Below the pieces are notes generated by a model. That model ran no database searches, had not been told where the DNA came from, and saw nothing but the letters and a program-made list of their open reading frames with translations. A stretch of DNA of 20,934 nt from the IMG/VR virus record IMGVR_UViG_2703718809_000015; one strand, written 5' to 3'. A program made the translations under genes and the position numbers. This stretch comes from a virus (taxonomy: Duplodnaviria > Heunggongvirae > Uroviricota > Caudoviricetes). Below, in pieces: positions 8,951-16,810 of this stretch. Each line of letters begins with the position of its first letter. Position 1 is the first letter of the stretch.

Positions 8951-9273
8951 GCTTTCAGGCCCCTCTCATGTAACCAGTGGGTTGCACGCAGCCTTGCGTT
9001 TTCCTCACCGGCAAGCAGTGAGCGGATAATCCCGACCGCCTCGCTGTCGTCGTCCTTCACCGCGGTATGAAGCGTTATCCCCCGGGCCACGCCACGCTTT
9101 ATCGTGATGACGCCTTTTTTCTCCAGTGCGCGAAGATGCTCCACCGCTGCATTCACTGAACGGTATCCCAGCATGGTTGCCACCTCCTGATTGGTTGGCG
9201 GGAAGCCACGTTCTTTCTGGTAAGAAATCAGCATATCCAGCACCTGCTGCTGGCATTGAGTTAATGTCGCCAT
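8947..9273 (-). CDS. LexA-like N-terminal DNA-binding-domain protein (108 aa), no S24 peptidase domain
   Basis: Translation MATLTQCQQQVLDMLISYQKERGFPPTNQEVATMLGYRSVNAAVEHLRALEKKGVITIKRGVARGITL closely parallels the LexA winged-HTH domain including the recognition-helix region (S-x-N-A-A-x-E-H-L-x-A-L). The C-terminal 40 aa is unrelated to the LexA peptidase. ATGA overlap with rusA. Confidence 0.65.
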   Translation of the reverse strand: MATLTQCQQQVLDMLISYQKERGFPPTNQEVATMLGYRSVNAAVEHLRALEKKGVITIKRGVARGITLHTAVKDDDSEAVGIIRSLLAGEENARLRATHWLHERGLKA

Positions 9274-9923
9274 GCCGCCATCTCCCTGACCAGTTTTTCC
9301 GCCTGCTGGCGAACCTGCGCCAGAAAGGCCTCACCACATGCCTCAAGTTCATCGCGCCCGATGTAGCTGATTGCCGGTCCCTTCCAGGTCTTGTCGAAAA
9401 CAGCAATAGCACCAGCGAAGAAAGCGCCTGTCGGCACCTGCTTCTCGTCCTTCGGGATAAACCAGGCTGGCAGTTCAAAACCAATACGCCCGCGAATAAA
9501 AGCAATATGGTCTGCATCTTCCGGCCACCAAACTTCGCTGGTGGCAGCTTTGATCAGGAAAACATAGCGCCCACCTTTATCACGCATGGCACTGGCATGT
9601 TTCATGATGTAACGCATGCCGGTGATGTATTGCCCCTCATGCTGACTGGCGCGGCTGTACGGGGGATTACCAAAGGCAGCACCTTTAAGCTCCGCAAGAC
9701 GTTCAGACCAGTCATGCGCCAGCGCGTTGTCTTCCGCAGTGTAATAAGCGGCACATTTGGCGTTATCACCATCAGTGAACAGATCCAGAACAAACGGGCC
9801 AAACAGGGTGTTAATTCCCCAGAAAATGTTGTCCGGCGTGCGCCACTGATCGCCCACTTCCTTCAGTTCATGGGCTGGTTTGTTCCGCAGCTCCACCAGC
9901 GCCTGGCAATATTTATTACTCAT
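9261..9923 (-). CDS. Phage N6-adenine DNA methyltransferase (Dam-like orphan methylase), about 220 aa
   Basis: NPPY catalytic motif (FGNPPYSRA). ATG at 9921-9923 overlaps the TAA of the upstream gene (TAATG). Confidence 0.8.
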   Translation of the reverse strand: MSNKYCQALVELRNKPAHELKEVGDQWRTPDNIFWGINTLFGPFVLDLFTDGDNAKCAAYYTAEDNALAHDWSERLAELKGAAFGNPPYSRASQHEGQYITGMRYIMKHASAMRDKGGRYVFLIKAATSEVWWPEDADHIAFIRGRIGFELPAWFIPKDEKQVPTGAFFAGAIAVFDKTWKGPAISYIGRDELEACGEAFLAQVRQQAEKLVREMAAWRH

Positions 9924-10411
9924 TAAGCCCCCACGTAATTCCCTGACAGATACCACTCTTCACCCGATGCAGCGCGCTTGCTGCTTTTCCGTAAGCACCG
10001 CTCACGATGCGCCAGAAAATTGTTTCGTTCTGGCTGGGAGTGGCTTTCACGGAATGCCGCCATCCACACCGTTGCAGCTCGACGGAATAAGCCCCTGGAC
10101 TCCAGTTCTTCAGCCTGGCGGGTCAGGCACAAAATCACCCGGGGGTCGTTAGTGCCGACATAGAAATTGCGCACAGGTCTGGTTTCACGAACAGATTGTG
10201 GTTCCGGCTCCTGCGCTCTCTCAGTCAGGCGCGGGAAATGTCTGCGTGTATCTCCTTCACAACGGTGAGCCACACGCCCACTCTGACGTAACTTGCTTGC
10301 TGACTGCAGAACGCGCTGCCGTGAGTAACCAGCAAAAGCATCCGCAATGTCTCCGGAAGTACACCCCGGATGGGCTTCAATGAATTTCTGAACTTCATTC
10401 AAAAGACTCAT
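9923..10411 (-). CDS. Putative regulator with N-terminal winged-HTH-like region and C-terminal PerC-like motif (about 162 aa)
   Basis: C-terminal AEELESRGLFRRAATVWMAAF resembles the PerC-family signature as I recall it; N-terminal region is HTH-like. AGGGGG upstream of the ATG at 10409-10411. Confidence 0.5.
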   Translation of the reverse strand: MSLLNEVQKFIEAHPGCTSGDIADAFAGYSRQRVLQSASKLRQSGRVAHRCEGDTRRHFPRLTERAQEPEPQSVRETRPVRNFYVGTNDPRVILCLTRQAEELESRGLFRRAATVWMAAFRESHSQPERNNFLAHRERCLRKSSKRAASGEEWYLSGNYVGA

Positions 10412-10413
10412 AA

Positions 10414-11232
10414 TCACCCCCTGAATCCTGCCGGGATCTGGCTGTAGTCCACGTTGTCGTAACTGGCTTTGAAGTACGGGTCCTCGCGTCTGGCTGCAGA
10501 TACTGCAGGAACTTCCCAGGATTCTTCGAAATGACGATCCGGACCAAAGAACGTGACAGCCTGTTTCACAAATTGTGTGCCGCTGTTACCCATCGCAGAT
10601 ACCCAGCCCGCGTAGCGTTTCACACCTTCCAGCATGGTTTCGGGGTTTACCCCCTCATTCAAACGGGCTTTCCAGGCTTTGAAGGCTGCAGATTTTGAAT
10701 TGCCACCAGCACGTTTGGGATAGGCCAGCCATGCCTGCTCAAACTCCGGAGAGTATTCCGGTCGGTTTGAACGAACTCGCACAGACTCATCAGCAGATTC
10801 ACCAACAGCTATTGGTTCATTGACTGGTTCTTTGACTGGTTCAAAAGAGTGACTGGTTCTGGGTGAATCTCCTGCACTACCCCCTGGTGCAACTCCTGCA
10901 CTACCTGGTGAATTTGCTGCACCAGATAGTGAATTATTTGCACTACCCCCTAGTGAATCTCCTGCATCATCAAGATGAAGAAGATAGATATTACTTGAGT
11001 TACCTTTTTCACCTTTCCGGGTGACTTTTTTTACCAGCCCGGACTCACAGAGGGCCGCAATATGATTCATCACAGAACGTTTGCTAATCTCGCACTGATC
11101 AGCGATATGCTGATAGCTGGGCCAGCACTCACCCTGATCGCTGGCATTATCAGCCAGCTTAATCAGAACCAGTTTTCGCAATGGATTTCCCACTCGAATT
11201 TTCATCGCTTTAACCATCAGCTCCATACTCAT
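10414..11232 (-). CDS. Replication initiator O-like protein (N-terminal HTH, repeat-encoded linker, C-terminal domain), 272 aa
   Basis: N-terminal HTH (QHIADQCEISKRSVMNHIAALCESGLVKK); the central low-complexity linker is encoded by direct DNA repeats; position after the cro / CII-like genes; ATGA overlap with the upstream gene. Confidence 0.6.
   Translation of the reverse strand: MSMELMVKAMKIRVGNPLRKLVLIKLADNASDQGECWPSYQHIADQCEISKRSVMNHIAALCESGLVKKVTRKGEKGNSSNIYLLHLDDAGDSLGGSANNSLSGAANSPGSAGVAPGGSAGDSPRTSHSFEPVKEPVNEPIAVGESADESVRVRSNRPEYSPEFEQAWLAYPKRAGGNSKSAAFKAWKARLNEGVNPETMLEGVKRYAGWVSAMGNSGTQFVKQAVTFFGPDRHFEESWEVPAVSAARREDPYFKASYDNVDYSQIPAGFRG
10812..10975. repeat. Iteron-like direct repeats inside the O-like gene (candidate replication origin)
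   Basis: TGACTGGTTC at 10821-10830, 10833-10842 and 10850-10859; then about five imperfect 21-26-bp repeats of GTGAAT-yt-CTGCAC-...-GTG at 10863-10975; an AT-rich stretch follows at about 10978-11015. Confidence 0.5.
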
Positions 11233-11453
11233 GCAGCACCTCCGAGATGCTTCATGTTTTTTCCGGAGCGAAAGGCTATAAGCGGCATACTGACGCGGTA
11301 ACTACGGCCCAGCGGTTCACAAATCACCTTCTGACATTCACGGTCAACCAGGCTAACACGTAGAACATGCCCTGCAGGTGTGGTGTACCACTGACCCGGA
11401 CGAGGACAACGGAAAGTCTGATTGGTAAACCGTTTGAAAATATTCCGGATCAT
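11229..11453 (-). CDS. Hypothetical protein (74 aa), translationally coupled between the Rha-domain ORF and the O-like gene
   Basis: ATGA overlaps at both ends (11450-11453 and 11229-11232). No family recognised. Confidence 0.45.
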   Translation of the reverse strand: MIRNIFKRFTNQTFRCPRPGQWYTTPAGHVLRVSLVDRECQKVICEPLGRSYRVSMPLIAFRSGKNMKHLGGAA

Positions 11454-12598
11454 TTGCGCCCCCTTACCTCTGAAGGGTTCAGCGACAAATTTATGAGGCA
11501 GGCCAGTGCCGAAGCATCATTAATATAGTCATACAAGCTAACAGCCAGCGGAGATTCGGCTTTTGCCAACATAGGATAAAGCTGCTGCAGCCAGACCTGA
11601 TGAATTGATGAAATGTAGGAATAGAGAATGCTGGCGTTATGTGCAACGTCGCTCGGTACAGAGGGTTTTGAAAGCTGTTTCTCCATCTGGTTAAAGGCAT
11701 TGATATATGCCTCTTTGAACTGGGCAGCACGTTTACCCGTGAAACCCATAGCAAGAAACGCAAAGCCGTCGCGGGTTATTTGATAGCAAGGTAGTTTGCG
11801 GCCTGATGCGTCGATGTACTCACTGAGCTGGAAATTCAGCTCAGTAAATTCGGCAGAGCATTCAAGAGACGCAATTTTTTGAATGACATTTTTGTGTTGT
11901 TTGCCGAAATAACTAGCAACAGCCAGAGAAGAAGTAACAACTTTGTCTGCAATAATGCAAAGTTCAGGTTGTACTAAGGCAGGGATCGTAGCCATGATGG
12001 CAGCCTCCGTATGCAATGGATAACTTCCACCACCGGAAACGCCAATTTCGCTGGTGGTGAACTGAGCAGGGTTGGCGTAACCGGCGCATACGGAAACCGG
12101 CGCACCTTTCGGTGCCCCCACCCAGCCCACCATAATTTGGGTATAGCTGAGTTGTAGCAACAAAAAAGACGCTAACGCGCCAATTGTCGCCGTATGCAAT
12201 TCCAGGACGCCAATCCCGGCACCCGCTTTATAAGGTGCCTGAACAGTGTAACGTCCCGGAATGGCAGAATCAATGTGCTGGTGGTCCTTCACACTCAACA
12301 AAATCACGCCTGAATTTCCACAAAGGACTAAAGCACTCATGCGGGTAGTCTTTGCGAAGATAGATAACGCGCTGTGTTTCTGGCTCCCAACGAATAACAT
12401 GAACATAAAGTCCTCTTCCGTCACGAAACCAGCGGTTAAGTTCCTGCACAACTCGCCCCCCACAGTCAGGTAAAGTTCTCTGTGGTTACTTACAGCCAGG
12501 TGATTTGGTAATCTGCATTCATGCCGTAACAACAGGTGTTCAGCCACGCGGACCACCAGCTGTTGCGACCAACGGTTATTTGCCGTTAAACTGTTCAT
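11450..12598 (-). CDS. Rha-domain phage regulatory protein; 382-aa ORF with an unrecognised about-200-aa N-terminal extension (alternative internal start at 11995 gives about 181 aa)
   Basis: C-terminal half LAVASYFGKQHKNVIQKI...GRKLPCYQITRDGFAFLAMGFTGKRAAQFKEAYINAFNQMEKQL matches the Rha signature. The ATG at 12596-12598 overlaps the stop of the upstream gene (ATGA); a second ATG at 11993-11995 has GGAGG 8 nt upstream. Confidence 0.6.
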   Translation of the reverse strand: MNSLTANNRWSQQLVVRVAEHLLLRHECRLPNHLAVSNHRELYLTVGGELCRNLTAGFVTEEDFMFMLFVGSQKHSALSIFAKTTRMSALVLCGNSGVILLSVKDHQHIDSAIPGRYTVQAPYKAGAGIGVLELHTATIGALASFLLLQLSYTQIMVGWVGAPKGAPVSVCAGYANPAQFTTSEIGVSGGGSYPLHTEAAIMATIPALVQPELCIIADKVVTSSLAVASYFGKQHKNVIQKIASLECSAEFTELNFQLSEYIDASGRKLPCYQITRDGFAFLAMGFTGKRAAQFKEAYINAFNQMEKQLSKPSVPSDVAHNASILYSYISSIHQVWLQQLYPMLAKAESPLAVSLYDYINDASALACLINLSLNPSEVRGRK

Positions 12599-13146
12599 GC
12601 GTTAGTTTCTCCACAGACACAAAACGCCACGACGCCCGGAGCTGCACACTCGCGGGCGTCACTCTTTTCTGGAACGCAGAAAATTTTGTAGACCAGTGCC
12701 GCATGTTCCTGGAGCTTCGAAATCGACAGATACAACTCATCATTAATTGCTGTCTGCTCATGTGGCTCCACTACCCCGTCTTCGATTGCCGAACGAATCT
12801 GCTTTGAGTAACTCCCGATCTGTTCAATAACTTCCAGTAGACGTTGGTTGATATCAGCGTTCTCTACTTCCTCAATTTCTGGAAGTGATACAAACACCCC
12901 ACCAGCAGACTGTGCGACAGCATCCGCAATGTGGTGAGTACCAGCCGCACGCTGTAAAACCATTGCCCATCCCAACGGAAAAAACTGATCGCCATCGGCA
13001 CGAAGGCGGTTAAATAATGCGTTATCTGTTACATCCAGCCAGTCAGCAGCTTCAGCGTAACCACCTGGTAATGCCGCGATAGTTTTTCTGACAGCTTTCA
13101 CGTACCAGTCAGGTTGTTTTTCCACTTTCCAGTGATACTTACCCAC
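12595..13146 (-). CDS. Putative phage regulatory protein at the cII position (183 aa), GTG start
   Basis: Directly downstream of the cro-like gene; GTG at 13144-13146 preceded by AGGAGG with 6-nt spacing. Functional assignment is positional only. Confidence 0.45.
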   Translation of the reverse strand: MGKYHWKVEKQPDWYVKAVRKTIAALPGGYAEAADWLDVTDNALFNRLRADGDQFFPLGWAMVLQRAAGTHHIADAVAQSAGGVFVSLPEIEEVENADINQRLLEVIEQIGSYSKQIRSAIEDGVVEPHEQTAINDELYLSISKLQEHAALVYKIFCVPEKSDARECAAPGVVAFCVCGETNA

Positions 13147-13399
13147 GGCTTACCTCCTGTTCCTGTGGTTTTAACTCATTCTGGTTTTGACTAGATTGAA
13201 AGCGCGCAGGATAGAGAATCTGCATTTCGCTGATTTCTCCCTTAAAAAAATTGGCCAGACGCTCTGCAAGATCGATAGATGGAATTTGTTCCAGTCTCTC
13301 AATACGACTCAGCGTCGCTGGATTAACCTGAACGCCCGCAGCAACATGCTGCAAAGTAAACCCATGCGCCTTACGCACATTTCGTAATGGTGATTGCAT
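13139..13399 (-). CDS. cro: Cro-like HTH (XRE-family) regulator, 86 aa
   Basis: HTH segment FTLQHVAAGVQVNPATLSRIERLEQIPSIDLAERLANFF; divergent from the cI-like gene across an operator region; GGAGG 4 nt upstream of the ATG. Confidence 0.7.
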   Translation of the reverse strand: MQSPLRNVRKAHGFTLQHVAAGVQVNPATLSRIERLEQIPSIDLAERLANFFKGEISEMQILYPARFQSSQNQNELKPQEQEVSRG

Positions 13400-13496
13400 A
13401 TAACCTCCACATATTGCGTGATAAGCATATTATTTCACGCAAATGTTTTGCGCAAGTTGATTTGCTTAACGCGCAATAAAGAAATGTAATAAACGC
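13400..13496. promoter_or_regulatory. oR-like region: divergent pR / pRM with TTGC-N7-GCAA operator candidates
   Basis: Operator-like sites TTGCTTAACGCGCAA (13462-13476) and TTGCGTGATAAGCAT (13413-13427). pR on the minus strand: TTGCGC (13450-13455), 17 nt, TAATAT (13427-13432). TAATAA at 13487-13492 sits just before the cI ATG, suggesting a near-leaderless cI transcript. Confidence 0.5.
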
Positions 13497-14189
13497 ATGA
13501 ACATAGGAAACCGAGTCAGACAACTTCGCCAAGCGAAGAACATGAAAATCGCCGATCTCGCTGAAGCAATAGGAGTGGATGCGGCGAATATCTCGCGCCT
13601 GGAAACAGGTAAGCAGAAACAATTCACTGAACAAGCCCTGAGTAATATTGCCAGGAGCTTAGGTGTTGATATTGCTGATCTCTTTACCTCAGACGTCAAA
13701 AGTAATACTGTATATAAAAACAGTGTTAGTGAGGATGTTGCGCAGGTGAAGGATGTATTCCGTATTGAAATGCTGGATGTCAGTGCCAGTGCGGGAAATG
13801 GCCTTATCCAGGGCGGTGATGTCATTGATGTGATTCATGCCATTGAATACAGAACTGATAATGCTGTATCGATGTTTGGCGGACGACCAGCCAATCACAT
13901 TAAAGTTATCAACGTTCGTGGGGACAGTATGTGTCCAACCATTGAGCCAGGAGATCTCATCTTCGTTGATGTCAGTATCAATCAGTTTGATGGAGATGGT
14001 ATCTATGTATTTGGTTTTGATGATAAAATTTACGTTAAACGACTGCAAATGATACCCGACAAACTGCTGGTAATTTCGGATAATCAGATTTACCGTGAAT
14101 GGGGAATTACCAGCGAAAATGAACACCGGTTTATGGTCTTTGGAAAGGTCTTAATCAGCCAGTCACAAACTCTTAAGCGACACAATTAA
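13497..14189 (+). CDS. cI: CI-like repressor (HTH XRE domain plus S24 LexA-like autopeptidase domain), 230 aa
   Basis: N-terminal HTH (MKIADLAEAIGVDAANISRLETGKQ); C-terminal GDSM serine motif and VKRL lysine; Ala-Gly in the linker (SASAGNG). Confidence 0.85.
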   Translation: MNIGNRVRQLRQAKNMKIADLAEAIGVDAANISRLETGKQKQFTEQALSNIARSLGVDIADLFTSDVKSNTVYKNSVSEDVAQVKDVFRIEMLDVSASAGNGLIQGGDVIDVIHAIEYRTDNAVSMFGGRPANHIKVINVRGDSMCPTIEPGDLIFVDVSINQFDGDGIYVFGFDDKIYVKRLQMIPDKLLVISDNQIYREWGITSENEHRFMVFGKVLISQSQTLKRHN

Positions 14190-14209
14190 CCCTTACCTCC
14201 TCATCAATT

Positions 14210-14236
14210 AGCCACCCGAAGGTGGCTTTTCATTTC
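14210..14236 (+). terminator. Intrinsic terminator after cI
   Basis: Stem AGCCACC-cgaa-GGTGGCT followed by TTTTCATTT. Confidence 0.65.
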
Positions 14237-14240
14237 CCAT

Positions 14241-14300
14241 AAAATTGCATATCTCGCAATAAAAACACTTGCATAATGCGCAACTTCATTTTATCTTTCT
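14241..14300 (+). promoter_or_regulatory. oL-like operator pair with candidate pL
   Basis: TTGCATATCTCGCAA (14245-14259) and TTGCATAATGCGCAA (14269-14283), same TTGC-N7-GCAA pattern as oR, centres 24 bp apart. Exact -35/-10 not resolved. Confidence 0.4.
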
Positions 14301-14708
14301 TTCCAGACCAACAAACAAGGTACGAACAAAATTTGGTTGTAACACGGCGTATGGCACATGCGTCGTTAGCGGTCTGGGGACGTTAAAGGGGACAATCCAC
14401 TCCTTGCTCGGGCAAACAAACCAGGTAGCCGGAATGTGCAAGTCAATGATGATGCTGATAAGACGCCTAACCAGCGTGGCGATTCGGTTTGACGCCTGGG
14501 AAGAGACCAGGGTGCAACGATGAGGGCATTTATGGAGCCGCGACAAAGTGTGGTGCCGTAACTGGCTAAGTGCTCTCAGCGTTGTGGTAATCCGCGAAAT
14601 GGCGCGGCGGTAAGTATGGCGGGGTTACTCTTTCCCCGTTGAGGACACCGGATTGTCAGGTTGACCATACGCCTGAGTGACAACCCCACCACAACAGCCA
14701 CTGCTTTG

Positions 14709-14754
14709 GCGGTACCAGTTTGTACACTTGCTTCCGGCTGGTACCGCTCTTTTT
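14709..14754 (+). terminator. Intrinsic terminator in the early-left leader
   Basis: 10-bp perfect stem GCGGTACCAG ... CTGGTACCGC with a 19-nt loop, followed by TCTTTTT. Confidence 0.45.
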
Positions 14755-14891
14755 ACAAAACAGAGAAGAGCATCGCCGGACGACGGGCTCATAACCCAAT
14801 CCATCCGGGCGGCTGCCACCGCAGGTGTTCTTCTCTGTTTTGTGGAGAAACCAACCGACCTTGCAGGGTCGATATGATGAGGAGCAGCAAA

Positions 14892-15254
14892 ATGGCTAGC
14901 GAACGCAGTACTGATGTGCAGACATTTATCGGGGAGCTGGACGGCGGCGTATTTGAAACCAAAATCGGCGCTGTTCTCAGTGAAGTCGCTTCCGGTGTGA
15001 TGAACACGAAAACCAAAGGTAAGGTCTCGCTCAACCTGGAAATCGAACCGTTTGATGAGAACCGTGTGAAAATCAAACACAAACTCTCATATGTTCGCCC
15101 GACTAACCGCGGGAAAATTTCCGAAGAAGACACCACCGAAACGCCGATGTATGTCAATCGCGGTGGTCGCCTGACTATTCTGCAGGAAGACCAGGGACAA
15201 TTACTGACTCTTGCCGGTGAACCTGACGGAAAACTCCGCGCAGCAGGTCGTTAA
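14892..15254 (+). CDS. yfdP: YfdP-like prophage protein (120 aa)
   Basis: ATG at 14892 preceded by GAGGAG with 7-nt spacing; first of four consecutive genes whose lengths (120, 274, 178, 120 aa) match the CPS-53 yfdP-yfdS block as I recall it. The in-frame upstream extension in the track is leader, not coding. Confidence 0.55.
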   Translation: MASERSTDVQTFIGELDGGVFETKIGAVLSEVASGVMNTKTKGKVSLNLEIEPFDENRVKIKHKLSYVRPTNRGKISEEDTTETPMYVNRGGRLTILQEDQGQLLTLAGEPDGKLRAAGR

Positions 15255-15320
15255 TATCGTTTTTAATAAACTAATTATTCATCTTATCACTGAATATCTT
15301 TAATATAATGAGGACTTATT

Positions 15321-16145
15321 ATGTCTCAGAACTTAGACGCAACCGCAATTAATCAAATCCATGCCCTTATTTCTGCTCAGGGTGTTAATGAAATTATCAG
15401 TAAGATTGGTGCCGATGCTGTGGCATTGCCTGAGAATTTCCGCATTCATGATCTGGAAAAATTTAATTTAAATCGTTTCCGTTTCCGTGGTGCGCTTTCC
15501 ACTGCCAGCATCGATGACTTTACCCGTTATTCTAAAGATCTTGCAGATGAAGGCACCCGCTGCTTTATCGATGCCGATAATATGCGTGCCGTCAGTGTGC
15601 TTAACCTGGGTACTATTGATGAGCCAGGTCACGCAGATAACACTGCCACTCTCAAACTGAAAAAGACAGCACCGTTCTCTGCTCTGTTGTCTGTTAATGG
15701 CGAGCGTAACTCCCAGAAGTCACTGGCAGAATGGATTGAAGACTGGGCCGACTACCTTGTGGGCTTTGATGCTAATGGTGACACCATTCAGGCAACCAAA
15801 GCGGCTGCGGCGATCCGTAAAATCACAATTGAAGCGAACCAGACCGCTGATTTTGAAGATAATGACTTCAGCGGCAAACGCTCCCTGATGGAGTCTGTCG
15901 AAGCGAAGACCAAAGACATTATGCCAGTGGCATTTGAATTTAAATGCGTTCCGTTTGAAGGCCTGAAAGAACGTCCGTTTAAATTACGCCTCAGCATTAT
16001 CACTGGCGATCATCCTGTACTGGTTCTGCGCATTATTCAGCTGGAAGCGGTACAGGAAGAAATGGCTAACGAATTTCGTGATCTGCTTGTTGAGAAATTC
16101 AAAGACAGCAAAGTAGAAACCTTTATTGGTACTTTCACCGCCTGA
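15321..16145 (+). CDS. yfdQ: YfdQ-like (DUF2303) protein, 274 aa
   Basis: 274 aa, acidic, ordinary composition; position and length match yfdQ in the CPS-53 block. Confidence 0.6.
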   Translation: MSQNLDATAINQIHALISAQGVNEIISKIGADAVALPENFRIHDLEKFNLNRFRFRGALSTASIDDFTRYSKDLADEGTRCFIDADNMRAVSVLNLGTIDEPGHADNTATLKLKKTAPFSALLSVNGERNSQKSLAEWIEDWADYLVGFDANGDTIQATKAAAAIRKITIEANQTADFEDNDFSGKRSLMESVEAKTKDIMPVAFEFKCVPFEGLKERPFKLRLSIITGDHPVLVLRIIQLEAVQEEMANEFRDLLVEKFKDSKVETFIGTFTA

Positions 16146-16273
16146 TTTCATTACTGAAAATGCCCCTGCGGGGGCATTTATGGAAACGTAATTTACTCAA
16201 TAATCGCCGGATGGTAAGGGCTTCTTTTTACCAAAATTCAGTGCGGTGCAGCGCAAATAACGTGGAGAACAAA

Positions 16274-16810
16274 ATGTCATTTATTAAAACTTTTTCCGGG
16301 AAGCATTTTTATTATGACAAGATAAATAAAGACGACATCGTTATTAACGATATCGCGGTTTCCCTTTCAAATATCTGTCGCTTTGCAGGGCATCTTTCAC
16401 ACTTCTACAGCGTCGCCCAACATGCGGTTCTTTGCAGCCAGCTGGTACCGCAGGAATTTGCTTTTGAAGCGTTAATGCATGATGCAACAGAAGCGTATTG
16501 CCAGGACATCCCCGCTCCACTGAAACGCCTTCTTCCTGACTATAAACAGATGGAAGAAAAAATAGACGCCGTAATCCGTGAGAAATATGGGTTACCCCCG
16601 GTTATGAGTACGCCCGTGAAATATGCCGATCTCATCATGCTGGCAACCGAACGCCGCGATCTCGGGCTTGATGATGGCTCTTTCTGGCCTGTACTGGAAG
16701 GCATCCCGGCAACAGAGATGTTCAACGTGATTCCACTGGCACCGGGCCATGCCTACGGGATGTTTATGGAACGTTTTAACGAGTTATCGGAGTTACGCAA
16801 ATGCGCATGA
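16274..16810 (+). CDS. yfdR: HD-domain phosphohydrolase, YfdR-like, 178 aa
   Basis: H...HD metal-binding pattern (AGHLSHFYSVAQHAV ... LMHDATEAY); GGAG 7 nt upstream of the ATG at 16274; the track ORF starts at an upstream in-frame codon. Confidence 0.6.
   Translation: MSFIKTFSGKHFYYDKINKDDIVINDIAVSLSNICRFAGHLSHFYSVAQHAVLCSQLVPQEFAFEALMHDATEAYCQDIPAPLKRLLPDYKQMEEKIDAVIREKYGLPPVMSTPVKYADLIMLATERRDLGLDDGSFWPVLEGIPATEMFNVIPLAPGHAYGMFMERFNELSELRKCA

Noticed and set aside
9005-10163. Several long ORFs on both strands (9005-9517, 9126-9926, 9602-9802, 9880-10152, 9978-10163) overlapping the methyltransferase, LexA-like and PerC-like genes
   Set aside because: Arg/Cys/Pro-rich shadow frames in a GC-rich coding region; the accepted genes have recognisable motifs (NPPY, LexA-like HTH) and translational coupling.
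13371-14126. Minus-strand ORFs (13371-13634, 13466-13825, 13689-14126) and a plus-strand ORF (13837-14052) overlapping cI and oR
   Set aside because: They are antisense to or nested within the well-supported CI-like repressor gene and the operator region, and have skewed composition.
14269-15157. ORFs in the early-left leader (14269-14523, 14286-14546, 14625-15080, 14677-14877, 14789-15157) and the in-frame extension 14661-14891 of the yfdP-like gene; search for an N-like antiterminator
   Set aside because: None has a ribosome-binding site or an arginine-rich N-like motif; the region is dominated by hairpins and terminator structures, and the first gene has a clear GAGGAG site at the ATG at 14892.
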